From NCBI GenBank assembly GCA_951406725.2, contig OX597825.1, forward strand, positions 49,662,001 through 49,726,000: DNA of 64,000 bases, written 5' to 3'. The notes beneath the pieces were generated by a model. That model was given only the letters and a program-made list of their open reading frames with translations. It was not told the origin of the DNA and did not search any database. Position 1 is the first letter of the stretch. Each line of letters begins with the position of its first letter. Positions 53,631 to 64,000 of the stretch are shown in pieces. The position numbers and the translations under genes were made by a program. This stretch comes from Octopus vulgaris. Taxonomy: Eukaryota.

Positions 53631-54158
53631 TGAGTGAGAGAGCAGTGCATGCCATCAAAGTGACACTGGGGTAAAATATACGAAGCCCAATATACCCATC
53701 ATGACTACCCGTCTGATAAAGGTACACCAGGCACATGCATCACAACCATATGTGCGCGACATGGTGATCTCATATCAAGATAAACAGCACATGACCTTGC
53801 AGGTGGGGCCCAGTTAGAATTTTCTTCAGGTTGAGTAGCCCATCACACTCAAAAGGTCTCTGAATAAGGGTTGTTTAAGGATGTTGAAAGAACCACCTAT
53901 GTTTCCAGAGGTGAATTATTCAAAGCCCAAAGAATCCCTCACAACACATGGCTATGATGCTCCCCCACTACTTCTGCTCGTGATCAGAGATGCACATATC
54001 GTCAGCCACTAAGGGACATGCTCAACTGGTTAAGGTCAAACAACTGACAAGCAAATCTGTGGTATTGAGCAGAATATTTGCTGTAGCCCATCTTTTATAC
54101 CAAGACAAAACAATGTACATGATAACACTTCCAATCAGTTAAGATCAGAAGCCATGAG
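53631..54158. mobile_element. ~525-bp non-coding interspersed element embedded in (ATT)n
   Basis: GC-richer block with sharp edges, bounded on both sides by TTA repeats; no recognisable coding motif. Confidence 0.5.
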
Positions 54159-54195
54159 ATTATTATTATTATTATTATCATTATTATTATTATTA

Positions 54196-54247
<52 letters not shown>

Positions 54248-54306
54248 CATTATTATTATCATTATTATTATCACTATTATTATTATTATTACCATCATCA
54301 TCATCA

Positions 54307-54367
<61 letters not shown>

Positions 54368-54466
54368 CATCATCATCATTATTATTATTATTATTATCAT
54401 TATTGTTATTACTGTTGTTGTTGTTGTTGCTGTTGTTGTTGTTATTATTATTACTATTATTATTAT
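54159..54466. repeat. Compound trinucleotide microsatellite (ATT/ATC/GTT)
   Basis: Directly visible. Confidence 0.98.
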
Positions 54467-54853
54467 GAATTAATAAAATGAAAGTAGTTATACATATAAT
54501 TATTTAGTATTATGAAAACTTCTTGCAATATATAATTTATATCAAATTGCTAATATAAAGATGTATTTTACAGTAACGTAAGAAGTTGCACCAGAAAGAT
54601 TCAAAATATTCTGAATAAATCCACCAAAAATTTTATTTTCCAAATTCTATATTATTATATAGATAAGGATGGCAAAACGTAACGACATACACACACATAC
54701 AAACACATACACATATATATATACATATATACATTCGCACATTCGTATGTATATACATTTATATCTGCATTTACACACATCCATAAACATATATGTATGT
54801 ACATACATGCACATACTTGTGTAAATATATACATATGCACACACACACATACA

Positions 54854-54928
<75 letters not shown>

Positions 54929-54981
54929 GCATATATATGTATATACATACATAATATATATATACACACATGTAAATATAT

Positions 54982-55038
<57 letters not shown>

Positions 55039-57375
55039 GGAGTAAACACATAAATTTGAAACAAGGTGAAAAAAGAGTACTCAAATACCAGGGGTAGAGT
55101 ATTATGCTTTATTTGTATACAAATTATGTGAGCACATATACTGACACATATATCGAGACAAGTACGCAAACACACAAGCCCAAGTGGATACATGCATACA
55201 CATACATTCGTGTATGTATGTGCTTCAGTACAAACATACGCTCACTTACACATATACAAAGACGTATGCTTACAAATACATATTCATGCCAATACACATA
55301 TTTACATAAAATGCCTTGGATCTGACAACTTTGTTTTTTAAAATGATGAGTGCATAATAATAAAAATTAACCGAAAGACATGCAAAATATAGCACCCTAT
55401 ATTGGATTATCTATAAATTAAATACCAAAGTAAGCCTATACAATATAATAAAATGAAATAAACTTAGCCGAAGGTTTTTCCTAAGGAATATGTAGAAATA
55501 TAAACAAAATAAACAAAATATATGCACAAGACATTGCTATGCGGAATGAAATCTGCGAGGTGAATTTGGAAGCAAGAAGAATAGCTAACAATCTTAAGAT
55601 TAGCGATAGGATAGAATATCTTTCCCCACGACCATCTTTTATTACACTAAAAGACCATAAAGCCAATTTTAATAGAAACCCCAAATGCAGATTGATAAAT
55701 CCGGCTAAAACTGAGGTAGGCATTATTAGCAAATATATTTTGGACCGTATTTCAACTAAGTTAGATAGTGAATTAGATTTGAGAATTCGGAAGAATAGTA
55801 AGTCATTCATCGAGTGGTTTAAAGGGATTAGCCATAAGCATAGTTGCAGTTTTACGCAGTTCGATATTATTGACTTTTACCCGTCAGTATCTAGGGCTTT
55901 ACTCCTAAGGGCAATGGACTTCGCCAACCAGTATGTCAACATCGGTAGCTCGGAAATTGATATTATCATACATGCGAGGAAATCACTTCTTTTTTTCCGA
56001 GGATTCCACCTGGATTAAGAAGAGTGAGGATTCTCTTTTCGATGTACCGATGGGAGCATACGACGGGGCTGAGTTAAGTATGGTCATAGGAGCCTTTATT
56101 CTTCATTATCTAAAAATAGAATTCCCATTTATAGATGCAGGTTTATAAAGGGATGACGGCCTTATAGCCACCCATAATTTAAACGGCCGTGAATCAGATA
56201 GACTTAGGAAGGATCTTATTGCTTTCTTCCAAAGGATGGGCTTACGGGTTACAATAGATACCAACCTGAAAAGTGTAGATTTTTTAGATGTAAATTTTGA
56301 TATTAGCTCGGATAAATTTAAACCTTACCGTAAGCCCAATGACAAGTTATCGTATATTAGCAAAGATTCGAACCATCCGCCAGTTATTCTTAGGAACTTA
56401 GTCAGCAATGCAGGTAGAAGAATATCGTCAATTTCTTCGGATGAGGCAGCATTCCATAATACTGCACCTTATTACGATAGCGCATTAAGGAATAGTGGAT
56501 TCTCTGAGAAGATCCAGTACAACCAGCTTAATGCTGGTAGTAATGCCGCACGCAGAACTAGGACCAGGAAAGTTTTGTGGTTCAACCCAGCTTTCAATTT
56601 GGCCGTAAAAACTAACATAGGTAGGGAATTCTTGAAATTAGTCTCTAGGCATTTTAAGCAGGACCATAAATTTTATAGAATATTTAATAGAAGAACCCTT
56701 AGGATTAACTATTCTTGTTGCAGGAATTTCGCCTCTTACATTAGCCGACACAATAGGAATTTAATTGATATTAAGCATGGTGCCGAACCCCTTAAGAAAT
56801 GCAATTGTAAAGATGAATCCTCCTGTCCGTTGGAAGGGAAATGTTTGGTAAAAGGGGTCGTTTATAGAGCCAAGGAGCAAATAGAAGGATCATCTGAATA
56901 TAAGACTTATACAGGGGCTTCGGAAAATTCGTTTAAAACGCGATTTTATTCGCATAAAAATTCAATTAGATACCCAGAAAATAGGAAGAAGACCAGCCTA
57001 GCAAAATATGTCTGGGAACTAAAAGAAAAGGAAGCCCCACTTTTCAACCTGACATGGAGCATTCTGGATAGAGCGGCACCGTACAGGCACGGGGCTCACT
57101 AGAAAAATTTAAATGCAATCTTTGTTTGTTATAAACATTTTATATTTTATTCAAAGACAATAATTCTTTGAATCAAAAAAGCGAACTTTTGAACTAATGC
57201 AGGCACGCAGCCAAATTCAAAATTTTAAAAACGATGTTGTCAAATCCTAGGCATTTTTATGTAAATATGTGTATTCGCATGAATATGTATTTGTAAGCAT
57301 ACGTCTTTGTATATGTGTAAGTGAGCGTATGTTTGTACTGAAGCACATACATACACGAATGTATGTGTATGCATG

Positions 57376-57927
57376 TATTAAAATTGGCTTTATGGTCTTT
57401 TAGTGTAATAAAAGATGGTCGTGGGGAAAGATATTCTATCCTATCGCTAATCTTAAGATTGTTAGCTATTCTTCTTGCTTCCAAATTCACCTCGCAGATT
57501 TCATTCCGCATAGCAATGTCTTGTGCGTTTATTTTGTTTATATTTCTACATATTCCTTAGGAAAAACCTTCGGCTAAGTTTATTTCATTTTATTATATTG
57601 TATAGGCTTACTTTGGTATTTAATTTATAGATAATCCAATATAGGGTGCTATATTTTGCATGTCTTTCGGTTAATTTTTATTATTATGCACTCATCATTT
57701 TAAAAACAATGTTGTCAGATCCTAGGCATTTTATGTAAATATGTGTATTGGCATGAATATGTATTTGTAAGCATACGTCTTTGTATATGTGTAAGTGAGC
57801 GTATGTTTGTACTGAAGTACATACATACACGAATGTATGTGTATGCATGTATCCACTTGGGCTTGTGTGTTTGCGTACTTGTCTCGATATATGTGTCAGT
57901 ATATGTGCTCACATAATTTGTATACAA
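57376..57927 (-). repeat. Inverted duplicate of ~55114-55673
   Basis: Identical ORF starts (MRNEICEVNLE..., [10 protein letters not shown]...) appear on opposite strands. Confidence 0.92.
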
Positions 57928-58611
57928 AAACTCATAGCGTATAACCTTTTCTTCTTTTTTCCTTTTCTCTTTTTCTTTTTGTCTCTCTTCCTTTCTTTCG
58001 TTTTTTCTCTCCCTATTCGTTACTTGTATAGAGTCTTGTAACTTTACGTCCCGCGTCCCCCTCCCTTACTTATGTCTTTAGCTTTATGCTGTAAATAAGA
58101 ACGCCCCTTCCCCATCCATGAATTTAGCTTATAATCTATATGGATACAGTGATTTTGCATGCGAGCTAGATTGCATATACATATGTGTACATGCATATGT
58201 GTGTATATTATAGTTTTGTATTTATATGTCTGTATATGTATGTGGTCTGCGGACATCTATCTGTGTATGTTGATGTATATATGTATAGTTTAGTATGAGT
58301 ATGTACTGTTGTGAAATATTTTAATGCATTTTAATATTTTAATTTCAATTTCCATGTATTAATTATATTTTCTTTATTAATGAGAATATGTATTTTAACC
58401 AAAGATTCGATGTAAGGTTTTTTCCTCGACTTTTATAATTTATATATATATATATATATTTTTTTTAAATATTTTATATTAAGCTCATTTTTGTTTATCG
58501 CTCGAAAATGACCGTTATTTGAAAGGACCAATCAAACAAGTCCATTTTTAAAGGTGTAGCGTTTATACTAGTCTTGATAGAATTGGCATATCGGTTCTAT
58601 TTTAACAAAAA

Positions 58612-58649
58612 CTGTCCGACGAACGGGAACGTGAAACTCAGACTTACAG
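58612..58649 (+). ncRNA. Hammerhead ribozyme candidate (C4 variant) at the PLE 3' end
   Basis: CTGT CCGACGA ACG GGAA CGT GAAA CTCAGAC TT ACAG; the homologous minus copy near 46228-46265 has CTCTGAG TA ACAG. Confidence 0.6.
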
Positions 58650-58682
58650 GTTTTGTTGAATTTTCTGCTGCTTTTAGATAAA

Positions 58683-58769
<87 letters not shown>

Positions 58770-58777
58770 CAAACACA

Positions 58778-60255
58778 TGTCGATGCAGAGTGCATTTGCT
58801 TTTGAGTGATAATCCCGTGGATCCTATGTAGATTTGGTGGCGGTTCGAGTATCTTATAAATACATAAATCAGGTTTTCTGAGGAACAAATAAAGTCAGTT
58901 TGATTTTGAATTTTTCTCCCTCTTCGAACGAAAAAGAATTCTGATTCTTCTGCATGTTGCGCAGTTTGGTCGACCACATTTTTTCACTTTTGCGTCCGTT
59001 AATTTAGAAAATAAGTGCTTTTGTGAGGATCTTTTTTAGTAATTTCGGTTGCTTGTGGCTTTTAATGATCTTATGCGTGTGTAAAATTCCTTTAATTTGA
59101 TGTCTTTGTGCAGCAGAGGTAACTTTTGGGTGATGGTGGGGAAGGCTTCTTCGTTTCTGTGGTTGTATGCGGTTATGTACGGCAGTATTTTCGGGGAAGA
59201 TGTGTTGCTGTGTTTTCTCAAGTTCGATTTGTGTTACACGTCTGATTCCATCCTCTATGAGTTGAACTGGGTAGTGTCTGCAAATCTAAAGTCTCTTGTA
59301 TTTTTTCTGACACTATTCTGCTACTTGCAATATTGAAGGGGATGTTTGTTTTGGTCTGTCTTGGGTAGCATGAATTAAATAGTTGATATTGTTTGGCGTC
59401 TGTGGTTTTGTAAAATATATCTGTTTCTATTTTTAGGTTTATTTTTTTTAATTAGTATATCCAAGAATGGGAGCTCCTTTTGGTTGTATTCCATTGTGAA
59501 CTGTATTTTGGGGTTGACGCTGTTCAATAATCGTTTGAATTTCAGGAGTTTGTCTGTTTTCGTTCCAGAGGATGAAACAGTCGTCTAGGAATCTTTTCCA
59601 ATTTTCATTTATGAATTGGAAAAGAGGGTTTTCAGAGGAAGATAAAGATTCCTGGTATATTATTATGTCCAGATAGCCTATTGTTAGGTTCACAATGACC
59701 GGGACAGCCCTAGTTCCCATGGCAAGCTCGGCGTTTTGTCAATAAAACGTGTTGTGAAACATAGTGGTTGTTTCTTAGGATGAATTCAACCGATTCACTT
59801 ATGAATACTTTACTGATCATTTCTGGTATTTCTTCCGGATATTTGTCCAGTCAGAACTGAATTGCCCCAAGCCCATAATTATGCGGTATACTGGTATATA
59901 AATTAATCACATCAAATGAAACCATAGTTGTCTCTTCCTTGACATTTTTGGGAGGTGATTCAACATGTCCAAGTCTTCTCTGATGTAAATATTGATGTGT
60001 TTAAGGAAGAGTTGCAGGAGAATGTCCATAAATAGACCTTGTCCGTGTGCTTTACAGGCTGGTACAGCTATAATGGGTCGTAATTTTAGGTCCCCTGGGT
60101 TTGGCGTATGTATGTACGTCTTCGGTTATTCTTTAATGGTTTTATTTGCAATATCGCTTTTGTGGATTTTGGGTAGACCGTAGAAAAGACTAGGTTTGCA
60201 TTTAAAATTTGTTGAATAGTCAATTTCTTTGGTTGTCAGTTTTTTCCATGGGTTT
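58778..60255 (-). mobile_element. Degenerate Neptune-type PLE fragment
   Basis: KEIDYSTNFKCKPSLFYGLPKIHK, MGTRA, WKRFLDDCF, FICSSENLIYV..YIGSTG; close to the 19.4-20.8 kb copy. Confidence 0.88.
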
Positions 60256-60467
60256 TAATTAGTGAAGACAAGGTGTTCATTATTTGTTGCGGAGTGTGTT
60301 TGGTGAATTTTGTTGTGATATTGACTGTCATTCGGCATGGAGATTACATATACGTATGTTTTGAATTCGTTGGTACTGATCATTGGATATAGTTTGTCTG
60401 ATGTTACTTGAATCGGATAGGTATGTTCAATTTTTTCAGTGCTCTCAAATATAAGAACCTGAAATAT

Positions 60468-60547
60468 TGTGCTGAGGAGGAGAGTGATCGAATGGAAATG
60501 TGATTTTTGCATTTTTCATATATATCTAACTCAGAAACGAGTCCACA
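60468..60547 (+). ncRNA. Hammerhead ribozyme with long stem II
   Basis: TGTG CTGAGGA [GGAG..ATGGAAATGTGA/TTGCATTTTTCAT..CTC]A GAAA CGAG TC CACA. Confidence 0.7.
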
Positions 60548-60833
60548 GCTAATCAAATGCCGAGTGAATTTCGTTGTTTTTCTTCTCTACCTACGTGAAT
60601 TGTTTTGAGTATATGTTGTCTGGGAGTTTCTTTTTATAGTACAAGAACTAGCTAGGTTCTTTGGCTGCTATTTCTAAAGTTCGGTATGTGGTGAAGCAAA
60701 CTTTGCTGAACCCTAGTTATAATTATACACATAATTATAAAAATATTGTTTAAGTTTACCGAAAATGGTCCTTTTAACATGCCGAATACTACTTGGTGGA
60801 ATTATTAATTATTAATTAATTAATTTTACCCTT

Positions 60834-60884
<51 letters not shown>

Positions 60885-60885
<1 letters not shown>

Positions 60886-61170
60886 CAATTCCAGTGTGGA
60901 AGGTGTTTATAAGCCATTTAAGAAACACCCAAAACCGTTAGATTCACTTCAACATTTAAATTTAATATGTCAAAATATTTTCGTCGCTTTGAGACCGTGA
61001 CCTGTTCTCTCACAAAATTCCGTGCTGCACGGAATTTTGTCTCTAAACAGGTCGCAGTCTCAAAGCGACGAAAATATTTTGACAAATTAAATTTAAATGT
61101 TGAAGTGAATCTAAGGGATTTTGTGTGTTTCTTAGATGGCTTATAAACACATTCCATGCTGCAATTATTT
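60885..61170. repeat. ~285-bp near-perfect palindrome (inverted pLTR-like pair)
   Basis: Centre AATTCCGTGC T GCACGGAATT at ~61026; arms match outward to ~60885 and ~61168. Confidence 0.9.
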
Positions 61171-61254
61171 TCATTCCAGCACACGATCACAGATCAGGTC
61201 TCTTGCTATGCAAGTACATCTCTGTAATATATATATATTTATGTATATATATAG

Positions 61255-61848
61255 GTTCAGATGAATATGGTACTTAAGTTAAAGGCACAAGAATTTAGTA
61301 TGGTATTATCCGTATAATTTAAAATAAGGTGATTATAATCAAAATAAGCAACAAGAGTGTCCAGAGGAAAAGCAGTTCAATCGTTTCATGCGACTGCATT
61401 TAATTGAACAATGCAAACATTACATCAATTTAAGATGTAGACCAATCTTCAGCTGCATAAAAATAAAGAATTTAGTTAAATTCGAATGACTCATTTGTAT
61501 AATTTTCTTTTTCTCAAAAATCACCAAGGAGATAGACAAAGAACATATTTTATCAACAACATCACACTTGTAACTGAGATTTTTTTTTAAAAAGTCAATG
61601 CTTATCACTGATTATTTTTTTTTATTTAGGCATGTTCTATGTCTATCTACTTATTCTCTTGGCGATTTTGGAGAAAAAGGTAATTATACAAATACGTCCT
61701 TCGAATTTAACTAAATTCTATATTTTTCAGCAGCTGAAGATTTCTCTACATTTCAAATTAATGTAATGTATGCATTGTTCAATTAAATGCAGTCGCATGA
61801 AACGATCGTACTGCATTACCTCTGGATATCTTTGTTGCTAATTTTGAT

Positions 61849-61850
<2 letters not shown>
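61255..61850. mobile_element. Inverted pLTR-like pair, each arm with a hammerhead-like motif
   Basis: Minus copy 61372-61456 and plus copy 61730-61814; same family as 25842-26600. Confidence 0.8.
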
Positions 61851-61890
<40 letters not shown>

Positions 61891-61949
61891 TATATATATA
61901 CATGTATATGTATACATATATAGATATATAGATATACATATATATAAAT

Positions 61950-62670
61950 ATATAAGGGTAACATAAAATTCAAGAAAAATGTTCTGCCACCAGCGGTCAA
62001 GTGAGAAAATAGAAATAGTCACAGACTATATGATACATTCAACAAAATATTAAGGGATGACCCTGAGAAGGTCGTTCGACTCACTTGAAAAGAGCAGCTA
62101 AAACTCAAAACCTCAAAAAAATAGTAGTAATTCTGAAATTAGAGGAAAATAAAAAACATTTATCCCCTTCAAACTTTGTACCCTGCAAGGTTTGAACATC
62201 TTCACGCAATCAAATTAAATTAAATTAAATTAAATCCGTTTACGTTTGGCTTCTCTCGTCAGCAAAGTCACCAAAATAGGAGGCAGATATATATACAAAC
62301 GAGGCTACACCATCTAAACCCCGGGTCTATATATCGTAAATTTTCGAATTCACCATAATCGCGCCATCTACTCCGCAGCAAATATAAGCTGCTGATACAA
62401 ATTTCAGAATTAGTCAAAAATTCATTAATCAATCAATATAAGGGTAACATAAAATTCAAGAAAAATTTTCTGCCACCAGCGGTCAAGTGAGAAAATAGAA
62501 ATAGTCACAGACTATATGATACATTCAACAAAATATTAAGGAATGACCCTGAGAAGGTCGTTCGACTCACTTGAAAAGAGCAGCTAAAACTCAAAACCGC
62601 AAAAAAATAGTAGTAATTCTGAAACTAGAGGAAAATAAAAAAATAGTAATTCTGAAACTAGAGGAAAATA
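61950..62670 (-). repeat. Partial tandem repeat, 486-bp unit (about 1.4 copies)
   Basis: AGGGTAACATAAAATTCAAG at 61955 and 62441; flanked by (TA)n. Confidence 0.9.
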
Positions 62671-62744
62671 TACATACATATATACGTATATATACGTATG
62701 TATGCTAATGTATAAACACATATATATATATATAAGTATCCTTA

Positions 62745-63850
62745 AATCCTCAAAAAATGTTTTAGCCCGAAGGCCGCGGCCATGCTGGGGCACCACCGCT
62801 GAATGAGATACACTAATTTGTGAATCCACCTCTGATACGTGGCACTTGATCAACAAGGGAGTTCGATGCTGCTGCCCGCATCTGCGTCTCCTGTCGTGAG
62901 GTAGGTTCATCTGGGACTCCCGAAAAGAAGAGATCCAGTTTAGTTTTAAAGAAACTCACATCCACACCATGTAAGTCTCCCAGGCATTTAGGGAGAATGT
63001 TAAAGAGCTGTGGTCCTCTGAAACCCAAGCTGTTGCAGTATCTGGACCTGTATTTTGATGGTGATGTATGTTGGAATCCTTGGCACCATGCAGTGGGGCC
63101 CCGTTCTGCGGTTGGGGTAACTTTGAATGCCAAAGTTTGGGACAAGACCCTCCAGGATTTTCCAGATGTATATCACCGCATATCTCTCCCGCCTCCGCTC
63201 TAGGGAGAAGAGGTTTGATACCTTCAGTCTTTTCCAGACGATTTTCTTTGTGTAGCTTCTCTGAATTGCTTCGAGTTCTGCTGTTAGTTTTATATTGTGT
63301 GGTGACCACAGTTGGGAGCAGTAGTCCAAGCGGCTGAGGACGAATGTTTTCCATAGGACCATCAGTGTCTCCTTCTCGTTCTGAAAGTTCGGAGAATCCA
63401 TCCATCTAGCCGTCTGCATTTTATCACCAGATTAGCAATATGCACTTGGAAAGATGCATCATTGCTCATGTCAATGCCCAGGTCACGCACTGATTTTGAC
63501 TCAGGGATTGCAATTCTTCCTGGGCCAGTGTATCCAGTCTGCACGTCGTTTACCTTTGTGTGCCAGTAGCGCAGGGCCTGGAACTTACCTGCATAAAACT
63601 GCATGTTGTTGTCTTCAGCCCACCCGTATATTGTGTCCAACTCCTGTTGCAGATGCGCAATATTTTCAGGGTTTGTATTGCGTGGGACACTTTTGTGTCA
63701 TCTGCATAGCTAGCAAGGGTGGTCACCGTAGCAACTGAAGGCATGTCTGAAAGGGCCACTATGAACATCAGTAGCCCCAAGACTGTGCCCTGTAGGACAC
63801 CGCTTGTTATTTGTGTTTCCTTGGAGGTGGCTCCATTGCTCACATATATA
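62745..63850 (-). mobile_element. 5'-truncated CR1/L2-group LINE
   Basis: SGVLQGTVLG, SYADDTK, VRDLGI, SRLDYCS, SLERRRERY; 3' tail GGTGGTGCCCCAGCATGGCCGC. Confidence 0.9.
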
Positions 63851-64000
63851 TTGATAAAAGGTCATCATGTCTTCATTGGTGTGTAGCATGCTACTCATTT
63901 TGGTAGGTATATTATATGCATACATGTATATATACATATATATAGTGTATGTGTGTGTGTGTGTGTGTATGTGTATATACATATATGTATATATATATAT

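Larger units (their letters stand above)
55480..58680 (+). mobile_element. 5'-truncated Nematis-like PLE (RT and GIY-YIG, frameshifted) with rearranged 3' UTR/pLTR
   Basis: FITLKDHK, RLINPAK, QFDIIDFYPS, PMGAYDGAE, Y-RDDGL (frameshifted), DFLDV, CNCK..CPLEGKC, GVVY..YTG, RFYSH. Clade label is tentative. Confidence 0.88.

Noticed and set aside
54095-54468. Poly-Ile/poly-Leu ORFs, and the many YIYI/THTH/CVCV ORFs elsewhere
   Set aside because: They are translations of microsatellites.
60705-60835. AACCCTA/TTACCCT as a telomeric template
   Set aside because: Only CCCT/ACCCT is conserved among the three families, which is too short to support the claim.

Overview
AT-rich, microsatellite-dense animal DNA. 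The tRNA-headed SINE families and (TA)/(CA) arrays look like those of an octopus-type cephalopod; this is an inference. I can support no host protein-coding exon. Most ORFs in the track are microsatellite artefacts, and the rest come from transposons: Penelope-like retroelements (PLEs) of two lineages, RTE, CR1/L2-like, L1/Tx1-like and HERO/NeSL-like LINE fragments, mariners, a hAT MITE, Helitrons and many SINEs. Five signals stand out. (1) A near-identical 545-bp tandem array (48511-50057) has one intact minimal hammerhead ribozyme per unit, i.e. a retrozyme/circRNA-like system. (2) A covarying multi-stem RNA motif lies downstream of the hammerhead in three otherwise divergent repeat families. 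(3) A young, almost intact PLE (13751-19143) has ~700-bp pseudo-LTRs, a coiled-coil ORF1 joined to RT/GIY-YIG by a T TTT TTA -1 slippery site, a 5x CCAAT-N12-CRE promoter array and a U3-A8 hammerhead overlapping a candidate splice acceptor. (4) A set of hammerhead variants (C3G8, U3A8, reconstructed G3C8, C4, expanded domain II). (5) A GIY-YIG endonuclease split by a ~190-aa Thr-rich insertion. All RNA structures were read by eye and have not been computed or tested.
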